This document shows, piece by piece, positions 51,225 to 64,000 of a stretch of 64,000 bases of DNA. The notes under the pieces were generated by a model that had not been told where the DNA came from, made no database searches, and saw only the letters and a list, made by a program, of their open reading frames with translations. The position numbers were made by a program, and so were the translations under genes. The stretch is from Azolla caroliniana (lineage: Eukaryota; Plantae; Polypodiophyta). The DNA is taken from positions 14,074,001 to 14,138,000 of the forward strand of contig JBHGNT010000013.1 in assembly GCA_043228905.1 (NCBI GenBank). Direction: 5' to 3'. The stretch's first letter is position 1; each line of letters opens with the position of its first letter.

Positions 51225-54200
51225 CGTATACGTATACGTATACGTATATGTATATGTATATGTATATTTATACGTACACGTATACGTATATGTATATAGA
51301 CAGTTTCTATGGGGCGTAGAGAAAGTCTTTTAGGAACCAGGAGCCATGAGAAATTAGAATTACATGCACGGTATATATATATATATATTATATATATATA
51401 TATTATATATATATATATATATATATTCTTTTAGCTAAAGTTTGCAAATGAAATCTGTATTTTGATTCTATGTTAATAAACAAAGTTTTTATCTATGATG
51501 AGATAGAATCCAGTTTCAAAATATTATTCTCCCCTTTCGGTCTGACTTTGAACAAATGATGAACATAATTATATTTTCCATGATTAGCACAAACACAACA
51601 CATCAGTAACTTCAGAACTATTTTCTATGGATTGTCTACACTTGAAAGTGAACATGTGTAATTCTCACGTAATATACTTAAGGACATGCGGTAATTTAAG
51701 GACATTTCTATGAAAGTTTATGCATGTAATACAAGTTACAGCAAACGCAATACGTTAATTAAATAATCACTGACAAGCATTGTACATGTAAATTTAAAAA
51801 TTGCACATGTACTGTGCATTATTTATTTGAATTCAGCAGCATACATCCTGTGTATTATTCTAATTCAACTACTCACAATGTAGCCAGGGTTGCGATACTC
51901 GATGCCAGGTTGACTCTCATTGAACACATCAATGCATGCTACAGCTGCTTCAACATCCTCTTTTGTAACCTTCAAATCCAACCAATCCCTCAAACCAGAT
52001 TTCCAGCTCTTCATCCACTTGGAATTCGCAATCCATCCAGGTGTAATTTTGTTAAATTTCTACATGGAAGATTCTCAAGTCAGTAGTGATCCCATGTGGT
52101 CACGAATACCATACTTTAAACATACTAAGATTTTTTGTGATTTGAAAACAATGATGACAAAAGTTGTTCAATTTGGACATAAAAAACAGAAACCATAAAA
52201 ATTCAAATAAAACTCATGCATTTGAATGCTTATACATTGTACCTCAAGAAACATCTAACATACAAAGATGAAGAACTTCAATCTTAAAAACAGTTGAAGA
52301 TTTCTGTCAGTTTACTTATATTTATGATTGGAAAAGATAAAAGTAATCAAAGGGTAAATCAGAACTGGCATTCATAGCAATCTCTATGATTGTCAACCTC
52401 AAACAATGGAAAAACTATCATAATTTGCATTTGTGTGAGACACATTACCACAAGCCATTTAAAGATGGTGAATAGTTCCTCATCATCGGTATATTTCCAT
52501 GACGCAAAGCTTGATTCCAAACCTCTTGGAACTGCCTTTAATTGTTGAGGTGTCATCCCATCTGTTTTCCTTGCCATCTGCTTCCAGAAACACCAAAAAC
52601 ACCACTTGTCTTTACGTTATCTAAATGCAAAATGATAGAGAACCTATCTATGAAGAGTCTTTTTTTGTACAGTGCACCAGTTTAGATTTTAACACAAAGC
52701 AATACATACCTCCTTCCAGTCTACAAGCTCTATTAAATCATCATCCATTGTTGCTTCTGCAGATTTCCGCAATATAAATTCACGCTCAGTTTTACTTGGC
52801 ATTGGCAGCGCGATAGTTCGGTCCATCCTTCCTGGCCTCCTCAGAGCCTCATCTATACTATCCGGTCGACTACAAGTGGCAAGGAGTACAACTCCTTCCT
52901 GTGTTTCAAAACTTCATAAAAACAAACACAAACTTAATTACAATTTGTCATGAGATGCGGTCTATTCTAACTGCAGGAGAGCCTTAACCTACCCATCAAG
53001 CTCAACAAGGAGCTGATTAATCAATGATTCATGGTCTTGTTTTCTGGTGTCCCCAGAGTCACCACGTACACCAGCAAAATAGTCAAAGTCATCCAAAAAT
53101 ATGATTAGAGGGGCCTGCACAGAAAAGGCATAAACTGAGTGCTGACTGAAACATAAATTGAAAAACTAAGTAGAGTGTTTCAAGAATCTCTTCTAGAAAC
53201 CATTGTCACGATACATTATTCTAATCCGGTTGATGTGGATCATGAAATTATTTTCCATTTTAATCTATTCTACCTATTCATGAGCTCATTTGAAGTAACG
53301 CAATATCTATTAGGGTCATACACAGACTTTCAAACTAAGAGAATCATTTTTTACAAAGTGAAAAATAAAGAAGTAAACTCCAATAATTGCAGGAGATAGA
53401 CCATTGACTCAATTAATGGTTTCTTTGTCTATGCACACTCTTTCTGCTACAATGTCAGTACTGTATATATATTTTCTGCAGAAGAGATAAGACCACTGGC
53501 TAAAACGAAGTTTTAGGAAACACTCAAATTCAATACGCTTTCATTTTACTTCCCATTGCTGAAAATTTGGAAAATCTCAAGATAGTATATGGCTCTATCC
53601 TACATTCAGTAATGAATCCCAAATCTGCTTGTGAAATGGTAAGTAAGGTAGACATCAGAGTTACAACTTATGAACCCCTGACAGCTTGTGCTTGAACTAC
53701 TTATTCTATTTTGTAAAATGCAAATGCTACTTGGCAAATACTGTTACTTTCATGATTTGCCCAAATAAAACTCGGATGAAACTGAATTATTACAAACCAA
53801 TTCTCTCGCTGTTTTGAATAGTTCGCGGACATTTGATGCTCCTTGACCAACCCATGCTCCACCCTCAAGTTCCATGCCATCCAATTCCACAACGGGAACT
53901 CTTGCTTCAGCAGCTATAGCCATTGCAAGTGACGTCTTCCCTGTCCCAGGTTCACCAACTATGAGGACACCCTGTTAATATTTATAACATTTTGAATTTT
54001 CACACATAGTGAATCATAATTTGTACAGAAACCAAAAATTTTAATATGCCCTCGTAATGAGTGTTTACCCGAGGTGGTCGTGCACCCATGTCCTTGAATA
54101 TTGAGGGATCGCGTAGAAAAGTAATTATTTCATTTATTTCATCCTTCACCATGTCAAGCCCAGCAAAATCTTGTAGTCTCAGCTCTGGCTTTTTTATTCT

Positions 54201-57200
54201 CTGTACATAAAACAAACATAAGCTTGAATATAAAGTAAGCATGAAACTGAAACTACCTGACCCCTTACTTAATCCCTAACACGTGATCATCCTTCTAAAC
54301 CTTACACAAGAAATGACTCCCTGCATATCAGATGACTCTGCAATATGGTCCAACAAAAGCCATCATTTTGGGGCTAAACCCCCAACACTAGAGGTTTCTC
54401 ACATTCCAAAATTTTCTTTATCTTCAATTCAATATACATGAACCCTCGAATGAAAATAGGGTTTTGCCACCTTCTCATGCATACATGTATGTTTCTAACT
54501 ATTTGCGCAAATTTAACCCAAATAAGAACTTTGTGGTTACACTGTAAATGTATTTGTGTGCTTGGAATGTGGTTTGGTGCCTTCACATTCATATTGCAAA
54601 TAATCATTTATCACTACTCTACTTTGCGATTCAGCCCATTTTGGAAGTCAATGACCACCCATATAGATCCTTATACAATAGCTTTAACTGACTATAGTAG
54701 GAATTCAGAATCTACATTTAATACTAGAGTTTCCCTCTTAAGCAGTTGCACGTACCTTCCTACCAAATATTTTTAATTTTCTTTCAAATCAATAGACCTG
54801 CCAGACATAGGTACAAGTTTTTCATACCTTCATTCTGTCGAATGCTTTCCGCACAGGATCCTCTATAGCTTTGGGATTGTCTGCTTTCAACTTCTTCATT
54901 ATCTCCTTCTGAAAATAAAAAAGTTTCCTCTCACTCTTCTCTCTAGTGATAAACAAAGTATGATTTATAGGACTTTTTGTCTCAATGATTGCCCACATGG
55001 TAAGGAGCAAAACATCAATTCCCCAAGATATAATTTGGGCTGAGATAGGAACAGCCCCAATAGTACCCGGGAACTAATCTAATCAGTGACCCGTAGCCAG
55101 CATCTTTGTGAGCTCCCAAAGCAAAGGTACACAATATTGGCACTATCATCAAAATAGATTGAAGAACATGCACATAATCATTGTTTGTATGCTGAAATCC
55201 AAGAATGGTCCTGATCACATGGCATAGACATAAATGCACTACCCCCATACCAATATAGCTTGGACTGTCTACACTTGATGTTACAGGCATAACCTTAGAG
55301 ACCAATTCTAAAGGTTAATCTCAAACGATTAAAGGGTAGGTAAAGCTAGAAAAGCAATTATCCTACAACTTGAGACAACACATAAGGATTTGAGACACTA
55401 GTCAAGACATAGTGCTCTGTAAACACCTTTGGCACAGGATCTTATCCACAAAACTGAAAAAGGATTCATACTACACCATGGATTAAATGGATATCCATTT
55501 GTTTCAAGGATTGAGGTGGACCTTGGACTGATCTGCACCTCATTGCGCCAGTTGAGATAGAGATTGGTAGTACAGTTTACTACGAAATCCAAGGCCTCTT
55601 TAGGGAGTGATTTGGAGCACAACCCCGAGTCATGGACTTCTATGATCAAAGAGGTTTGGTGCTGTTTTATAACAGATCTGTATATTTAGAGAGTCTCGAC
55701 CATGCAGTAGCAGGCTGAGCCTGTAAAAGGCGGATTTCAGGCTTCTTCAGAAGTTTCTGCCAAGAGAATTCAGAGAAAGGACAACCAGAAAAACAAAAAA
55801 GAAATCTGCTTGACTGAGAAGTTCATTTGGCTCACTCTATACAACCAAGGATACGCAGATTATCACATAGAACATGTTGCATCCTTAGGAGAATGCGTAG
55901 TATCATTGCCGAAAATTGAGCATGATCCCCTAGGCAGTTCAATAACCTCTGCATTGAGACCATGCCAATTGTTTAGAATTAGAATTTTTATGGAGAGCGA
56001 GGAAACATATGAGGAAAGACCATGCCAATTGTTGTTAATGATGGTTCCATCCTTGTTGGGAGTCTTGAAAGATAATACAACCTTGTGACTAGGCTGCAAT
56101 CACAGTACAATGATATAGGAACCATGGGACAAAAAATTGGGAGGTGACAATGTACACAACAAAAAAGACATATCTGAGGTAGAACGTGTGGGAACTCTCA
56201 TGAGATGATGTCATATGGGATCCCCTAGGCAGTTCAATAACCTCTGCATTGAACTGCCTAGAATCTGCAACGCTTTAAATGCATTCTCTCTCTTCCACTT
56301 TTTCCAAGATATTCCCTCTTATTCCTAGTTTATCATACCTGTTTGGTAGTACAAGAGTCACCTAACTACCGAACAACCATTTCACCCACTTTCCCCAGTT
56401 TTGTATAAATAGGCTATACCAGCCTCTTTTGTAAAGACTTTTATTTTTGCTGCTACTTACAAACAAGCACTACTCTTTAGCTGTGTCTCTACTCTTTGCA
56501 ACCATTTTTTCTACTGCTGTCTAACAGCCTTCTCACAGCTTGGCTGTGTCAATTTTGTTCTAACAACTGTTCCGCTGCCGCTATTACCAGCTTTTCTCAC
56601 AAAGATGTCATTGTCAGACTAGGGACTGTGTGTCCAAAGTGGTGTAGCACCAATAGAAAGGCACACACTCAATGCCAAAGGCCACAAAACTGTAAAGAGA
56701 AGAACTAACAAAGAAGCCTTTCAACTGGCAGATACAATTAAGAATATCGTGTTCACATTAAAATAAATAGAAATAGAAGATCAATTCTGGGAGATTGGGG
56801 TGTTGTTCACTAGCATATAAATGCACTAACACATGATTTGAAAACTGTCCCCAAACATATTGATATACAGAGCCACCTCTAGAACACGCCCAAGAGTCAA
56901 TGTAATATCTGCACACTGACCAGAGGCTAGAAAAGGCGACTTCTCTGACATTCGAAACCCTAAGAAAATAAGATGGATCCAGGTGAATGGTCAAAGACTG
57001 GAAAGTGCCATGCATTTTACCAGAAAAAAGGTGTTGATTTCATGGACCCTGCTCAAGATGATAAAATCTGAGTAAAGTGAGACTCATAGACCTGACACTC
57101 TACATTATTTAGTCAGCTCCAGGAATCCACCATCAGTCACACATGCAAATATCCGTCCAAAACAGATGGCATTAGACAGACATGGACTAAATCAGAGCAT

Positions 57201-60200
57201 CCTCAATACGTAAGAAACCAGAGTAGTTCACTCCAAACAAGTTCTTACTCGCCAAATGGCTGGCTCCAAGAAACATCCTAAGACAGCAAGCATAAACTTA
57301 AAGGACAGCTGAAATTTTGATGAAGACATTTCAAATCCTAACAGACATTAATTCCTAAACCCCCCCCCCCAAAAAAAAAGGATTCAGAGTTAAACCAAGG
57401 TAAGGGTTATGTGAAAGAACTGAGAAGTATTAACCATGATTTCTCTAATTTCCTCTCTTTCAAGTTTATAAACCTCGCTCTCCATAAAGAAACCTAAGAT
57501 CAAATCTATGGCCAATTGAATCTGATGATATGCGGCACTAGCAAAGTAAAAAGAAAAATGGTTTCTAACTAACAAAAAACAATAAGCCTTGAAAACCAAC
57601 TTGCCATGTCAAAGAAAAACTAAAATTTAAGCCAGTAATTTTCACTTTGTACTTGTTTTCTTGCATTGATCCTAGCCATGCATTTAGGATTTTTATAAAG
57701 CAAGCCCTATAACTCAATAGTAGGATAATAAAACAACTTACCCCTTTTTTCTGCTTCCATTCCACTTCATTCATCTCTTCCCCTGTGCCAAGAAACTGGT
57801 CCAACACTTTGACCACAAATCTTGTAAAGTATGTAAACGGCATCCATAGAACATAACACTTTACAGGTAGTGCTATCCACCACGCAGCTGAGCTCTCACC
57901 TTGCCCATAACGATCTTCCATTATCTTCTGGATTTGTTTCTTCAACTCCATTAGTAAAGGGGCTTCACTTCTTGGAGGCGCATTATCTGGTAGTTGCAGT
58001 CCTACCCAGATTCGGAACTAAAACAAAACAAATGACAATCTTCCATCAACCGTGAACATCTTTCCCTATTCATAGATAATGAAGATGTGCTTATCATTTG
58101 AATGCATACCAGCTTTGGAAATCTTTCTAGTATCGGAAAGAATAACCGTCCCAGAATTTCTTCGAATGTTTCCGTCACAAACTTGAAATATCGTAAAATG
58201 ATTGCCTTGGCAGGAATAAACTTAAGTAAATCAATAGTGGCACTAAAAAATAGTTTAAAGGGCAAGAAGGAGACACGTATAGGGTTCAACTGACTAAAGG
58301 GTATCCTCATAAATTCTACAGAAACAGGAATTCCAGATCCTAGTAGTTTAAGATGCAATGCGTCTGCGCCCCCATAGTTCAAATAGATATCATCATAAAC
58401 CTGAATACGTGGAAGACACACAACTATGTCAGTACAGTACATATTTCTCAAAGTTATGTTGGTTCTACTTCTTTTCCTAAAAAACTTACATTATGATTTC
58501 TTCCTTTTCAGGAAGCAAGGGTAGAGCTTCAAGACAAAATCATGAATACAATGCATTCTTTTTGTTTTTCTGGCTCTCAGATACACAGTACATCGATTAT
58601 AATAATTAAACTCGGTATCCTAACTCTTCCATATAGGGGAGGGAATCCAACTAGGTCAGGTCACAAATACTTCAAAACATAGTCAACAAACCAAAAATTC
58701 AGACTGCTTTAACTAATCAGATAGGTAATGACCCTCATACAAATAAATGGAAACTCCAAAACTTTTAGCATCAACATTTGACAATTTCTTGTTATCCTCC
58801 TGAGTAAGCTAGAAGATTCTCCACATCCTCAGATTATTGATTGGACCTTTGATACAATGACATCATAAGATGTTTAAGATAGAGGTTAATGAATTCATAT
58901 ATGTGCATATTATAGGTTCATAGAATATTTAAATTCTGAATATGTAATCAAGACTTCAGATTTTCACAAGAAAAAGATTAATGTTGTCTTTATACATGCT
59001 AAATAGACTGCATAGTATACATAGGTTGATAAAATACTTAAATCTCTGACTGAATACATGATCAAATCTTCAGATTTAACCCAGAAACGTTTGTGTTGTC
59101 TTACATAGATATCGAAGACATATGTAACGGAGACAAAGTAAAACACACAACCTGAAGATCAGCAAAGAAAATCCGATCATCCCCTTTGACTTTGAAATTC
59201 ATTGCACCTCTATCCTGTCTAATTTTCACACTTTCTAAAAGCTCCTTGTCCACAGCATATTTGAGACCTTGAGGAGACATTTCCCATCGTTTCTCTCGCT
59301 CATTGTAGCACGCATCAGCTAACACTCTATCTCTGTATTTAAGGATGCGCTCCTGCAGATGAACTCCAAATGTTCATCACAAAATTACTGAACTTAAACT
59401 TGGTAAAAGAAAAATACAAGAAAAGTTCAGTTAATATTTCTTCATACTCATATCATCTAATACAAATAAAGAAACACTTTAAAATGTATGTAGCATATAT
59501 TTGTATAAGTACAATAATCAGGACTACTAGTGAGTGGGTGAGATGAAAGAGCTAGATTATTAAGTAATGAATTATGACTATCACAAATTTAAAAGCATGT
59601 CGTGAAAGAGGTAAATTATTGCGTAAAGAGTTTTTAAAACTTTAAAAAAACAATTAAATTTGAATATATATATATAATATATATCAAGATTTCAAGTGGG
59701 TGAAGAAGACATCCATATGCACGAGTGCAATGAGGTACTATTACAAGTTCAACAGTTGAGGAAAGTTCTATTGACCTTGTTACAGGCATAACCATAATTT
59801 ATCCCGGTGTAGTTTGTATTGTAGTACTCTACACACAAGGATAAGAGTGTGAAGGTTAATTGAGAGTGTAAAGAAGGGAGGATTAGTTTTAATCCTAGGG
59901 ATTGAGACAAACCTTACGGCCATGTGAACTAGCACGGGGGGCTTAGGTCTGGCTATAAATATGAGGCCTATCTATCCTCATTAGACACATTATACAACTA
60001 CATCGAGACTATGATGTTGTGGTGAACAGAATCTTGTGGCAAGCGCTCACCAATACGAGGTATGACTCGAAGCCATAGTGGTGGTATAGGACGCTGTAAA
60101 GGCTTGGGTCTGTATCAATCCCTTCGTTAGGGGATTGTCCAGTGGATCAGCACCCTTCTTTCTCTCTGTCTCTTAATTATCTTATCTATTTCCTTATTTA

Positions 60201-62700
60201 TATGTTTACATTAGAATTAATCTCTAACAAATCTGAACTTTAAAAGCCTACCTTAATATTATCTAGTCCAACTCTTCTAATGCTAGTTCATAAAGCTAGG
60301 TTACATTTCAAAGTTTGCCCCATAAAACAAGTCTTTCATACTCTTCACTCCTTGATTCACAAGCCAGGGTAGAAAATTTGAAAAACCAAGAATAGAAACC
60401 TAAATAAAAAACAAGAAAATTTAAAAACCTGTTTCTCCGCAGCATACTGACGTCCAACCTCAGGGTTTTTTCTCAAAAACTGTTTCAATGCTTCTTTTTT
60501 TTCTACTTCCATCCTCTGAAGGCTAGGAGCTACTACAAGATTTCCTTGTTCAGCTTCATTATCTAGGTTAGTAGTCTCAGCTTTGATATCCTCCTCGATC
60601 ATCTTATCCATAGTCTCAAGCAACTTCTTCGATGATTCATCCTGTTGTCTCAATGTATCCAAAAGTATCTTTGTCTGCTCATCTATAGATGGCTCACGGT
60701 CATTGATCTTAACCGCTTTTGGTAAGAACCTGTGTGTTAACATGTCGTTGAGTGCCTTCGTCAAGTCATCTGTAAACTTTTCTTGAACCTCTGTGTCCTC
60801 TACCTCTATCTTCTCTACTTCTGTCAGTGAACTGCAAATTTTGGTGGTGTTAGCTATGGAGACTTAAAGGAAAAACAGATTTTCAAATTATTTTACCACT
60901 TGAACGAAGCCGCATGAAATTTATCCAAAATACTAGCTGGAAATATACATGACTCACATGGAATAACATACATTGCAGCAGCATCACATGTGGAAGATCA
61001 GAAAACCACTCATCAGACTTTTGCTAGCATCTTCCATAGTAATTATACTTCGAGTTTTAATGAATTACAATATCTAAGGAGTCAGTCAAGTTCTTCTAGA
61101 AAATCGATATAAGAAACCACGCCCATGCAGAAACAATTGAGTAATAAATACATGGACCGAAATATCAATATGAACATTAAGAAACCCTCCATTATTATTG
61201 ATGTTAGTAAGCTTGTTTGGTAACATATGTGATGAATAATTTGCTTATCTAGGTTTGTAATAATTTTTGTTTAGAAAAGAGTAGAAAACTATGCATTTCA
61301 TTTTCCGATTGGTTCAATCTCAGTTGCCTGAGCAGGGACACAAACCTTGAACTCTTAAATTCTAGTAGCTTTGCAACAGTCTCATCAACTCGCTTCTCAA
61401 GGTCAGGAAGCTTCTTAACTGCAGCCCGAAAGCTTCCTATCTCTGTCTGATACATGTCTTCTTTCAAATCTAACAGTTTTTCCCATATCAGTGCGATTTC
61501 CATATCTAATATCCCAATATCCTTTTCATATTCTTCTTTGTTACCATTAGAAATCTCGAATTGTTGTTGCAGTGTGAGATGTCTTCTTATAACATCAGCT
61601 AACTTGCTAATTAATTTTATTTCTTCCATTTTAAGCTGAGAACGAGCTTTTTCCATATCTCTGAGGGCCCTCATCTGAAGTCTCATATCTTCTACCCTAA
61701 GATAATTGATGATTTCGCTTGTCCTCTTCACTAATTTTTCTTTGTTGTCCACTAACTCTTTTTTTGACTTCTGTAAGGATGCAAACATTGCATCCAAAAC
61801 CTGCCTTAGATTAATTTCATATGAAGAAAGATAAGAACTTGGCCCAACTTTCAGCCCAGCTCTTTCGTTATACTGCTGAAATGTCTTATCCAATATCGTT
61901 AAAACCCTCTGTTCATGTGTGGGAAAGGATTTTTCTATGTTATTTTCTCCAGCCTTATGAGGTTTGAGCCATCGGTTTTTTGCTTCTGCTGATAATACTT
62001 TTTCTTTCCTTAATTTCTGATAAATCTCCTGAAGTATAGATTGCATATAACCACTATACTCAGCTTTATTGAGTTCTCCTTCTTCTTCTCTAACTTTCTC
62101 AAAATGGGTTCCATAGACGCTATCTTGTGACGATTGTGAAGAAATGCCCATGTCTGGAGGAGAAATAGCTGCATATGCGGCACATGTACGTTGAAGAAAG
62201 AAAGGAGAAACTGCACCGATGAAGAACACTATGGAAAGCAATGTTCGAGAAACCACATTTGCGACTGAGCTTAGATGAAGCAAAGAAGGTCTCTTCAATG
62301 GCAAAAAATATGAAGATGCAATGCATATACGAAGTGGTAAATCTCTGAGAAACATGAAGATTTTTAATATTGGCTTCACAAAAATCTCCATCTTCACAGC
62401 CTGACAAACTTTCACAACCAAGCTTTCCGTATCCGAGCTCCATTGTTCCACGCTATAACTTTCTGAGAATTGAGAACAACATGAGATACTATGTTTCCTC
62501 CATTGCCGGGGAGGTTTCCAAACAGAGAAGCTTTGTTGTCTCCGAACATGGCAGAAAAGAGGATGTTTGGTTCTCTTGGAGACAGAGATTCGTCTTCTTT
62601 TGTTGAGAAGGGAGACATTACCGAGGGATAGAGTGCCGTATTGCAGAGTGGAAGATGGAGAAGTGGGAAGAAGGGAGGGAGGAGAAACCAGAGTCTCCAT
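48815..62700 (-). CDS. FTSHI5: Plastid inactive FtsH-like AAA ATPase FtsHi5-like (~1400 aa, ~19 exons)
   Basis: Exons in minus-strand order: 62700-61346, 60831-60429, 59352-59152, 58400-58110, 58017-57742, 54908-54828, 54200-54069, 53971-53798, 53114-52993, 52911-52710, 52577-52449, 52059-51877, 50785-50666, 50504-50319, 50216-50142, 49833-49774, 49693-49586, 49098-49018, and a tentative last exon 48856-48815. Ser-rich transit peptide; [40 protein letters not shown]; HAVWAAGR in place of HEXXH. Confidence 0.9.
51187..51425. repeat. (GTATAT/GTATAC)n and (TA)n microsatellites in an FtsHi5 intron
   Basis: Directly visible. Confidence 0.9.
59778..60229 (+). mobile_element. Probable old solo LTR in FtsHi5 intron 2
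   Basis: TGTTA...TAACA termini, internal CTATAAATA, and flanks GACCT/AATCT. The first 16 nt (TGTTACAGGCATAACC) recur at 55279. Confidence 0.5.
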
Positions 62701-62704
62701 ATCC

Positions 62705-62813
62705 ACCCAGAAGAAAGAAGAAGAAGAAGAAGAAGAAGAAGAAAGAAGGGAAAGAAGGGAAAGATGGGATGGGATGGGATGGGTGGGGTTCAAGAAAGAG
62801 TTGGGTTTTAATG

Positions 62814-62845
<32 letters not shown>

Positions 62846-62879
62846 TGTATGGGGTTCAAGAAAGAGTTGGGTTGTAATG

Positions 62880-62911
<32 letters not shown>

Positions 62912-62955
62912 TGTATGTATGTATGGGGTTCAAGAAAGAGTTGGGTTTTAATGCT
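62705..62955. repeat. Compound repeats upstream of the FtsHi5 ATG: (GAA)n, (GATGG)n and three GGGGTTCAAGAAAGAGTTGGGTT units separated by (TATG)n
   Basis: Directly visible. Confidence 0.85.
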
Positions 62956-63090
62956 CGTGACTAACTGCTACCAAATATTAAAGAGGGCAAGTGAGGGAAT
63001 CGCGGAGAGGGACGGTGCAGGTCGCACCGTTGTTGGCGCGTTCGATCTCCACCGTCCAAGATGGATAAAAAGCTGACAACGTCTGTCACA

Positions 63091-63272
63091 AGGAGCCCGA
63101 CTCTGTGAAAAGGAGCCCGACTCTGTGAAAGGGAGCCCGACTCTGTCAAAAGGAGCCCCGCTGTCAAACAACCTCTACAAGAGGGAGCCCGACTCTGTCA
63201 GGAGGAGCCCCGCTGTCAGACCACATCAGTAAGAAGGAGCCCGACTCTGACAAAAGGAGCCCGACTCTGTAG
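63091..63272. repeat. ~20-bp tandem array (GGAGCCCGACTCTGT / GGAGCCCCGCTGTC), 8 units
   Basis: Directly visible; two variant units alternate, with two short spacers. Confidence 0.85.
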
Positions 63273-63452
63273 CAACAAACATCAAAAACTCCACAAAATT
63301 GTAAGTGTACAACAAATATTTGCCATGAAACTGATCATAAAATTTCTCAACAAAACCTAAAGATTCAAATAACAAGTCTTACATAAAATATTAAAATGTC
63401 AAATGTTGACAACCCTAAAATGAAATATGAATATACACGTTACATATTAAGA

Positions 63453-64000
63453 TTATGGCTCATGTCGGGATGATTGCAAGATGCAACCACAATTTTTACA
63501 GCATGTAACATTTGAGTCCCTTGAAGTCAAGGTCAAGCCATCACAACGCAAACACCGAACCTTCTCATGGTCAACCAATGGCAATCTCCTCCTAGCCCGA
63601 CTAGCACCTCTTTGTAGTTTTCCGGAGTGGGATTTGGAAGTGTTTGGGGAGCTGCCAATAAGTTCTTGCGAGATGTCTATTGTTGCACTTCTTTTGGCAC
63701 CGATTTGTTGGTTGCGACTTATTGATCTACCATCTTCTTTATTGGTTGATTTTGGTGCACCAACGCGATACACCTTCTCAGCCACATCTTCCAATGTTTG
63801 TATACCTTCGACAATAGTTGCACGGTCGAAGGTTCCTAACCCTTGCTCGAGACATTGAAGTGCTTTCATGACCGTTTGTATTTTGGACTTGAATGATTCA
63901 ATCTCGGATATTGTGGGGTTTGTCTCCTCTACTTGCTCTACCTCTGCCTCCACTTCTATTTCTGTATTATGGTCCATTCGCATTTGGGTCGCGTGATCTA
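63453..64000 (-). CDS. C-terminus of an ORF running off the right edge, ending in a C4 zinc-ribbon-like motif; possibly transposon-derived
   Basis: The frame is open to the window edge and ends RCLRCDG...TCCKNCGC. It lies next to the 20-bp array. Confidence 0.35.
   Translation of the reverse strand, partial: DHATQMRMDHNTEIEVEAEVEQVEETNPTISEIESFKSKIQTVMKALQCLEQGLGTFDRATIVEGIQTLEDVAEKVYRVGAPKSTNKEDGRSISRNQQIGAKRSATIDISQELIGSSPNTSKSHSGKLQRGASRARRRLPLVDHEKVRCLRCDGLTLTSRDSNVTCCKNCGCILQSSRHEP

Noticed and set aside
51142-51333. VYVYVY ORF
   Set aside because: It is a translation of a hexanucleotide microsatellite.
62567-63076. 169-aa and 98-aa + strand ORFs
   Set aside because: They are antisense to the FtsHi5 5' end and consist of simple repeats.
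63091-63272. CRISPR-like repeat-spacer array
   Set aside because: The units are mostly head-to-tail without unique fixed-length spacers, the context is eukaryotic, and there are no cas genes.

Overview
Eukaryotic, land-plant nuclear DNA. The intron-rich genes and TE types suggest a fern or other seed-free plant (inference). 1-16 kb is a nest of LTR retrotransposons: a decayed Ty1/copia host is interrupted by a solo LTR and four insertions of a Ty3/gypsy group (tRNA-Trp primer sites in the two copies that retain one), followed by a second truncated copia. Three intact-looking host genes follow. (i) A 6-exon + strand gene (24886-29413) splices cleanly into one 588-aa protein fusing an FLX-family coiled coil, a WW domain, a Pro/Gln linker and a CELF/Bruno-like RRM with degenerate RNP motifs. 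(ii) A GAUT10/11-like GT8 galacturonosyltransferase on the - strand. (iii) A ~19-exon FtsHi5-like plastid AAA protein on the - strand. LINE, SINE, copia and solo-LTR relics and tandem repeats lie between them. The two most interesting signals are the FLX-WW-RRM fusion and the CpG-centred 4-mer (NCGN) at all four readable insertion sites of the gypsy group. All exon models and family calls were made by eye, without database searches.
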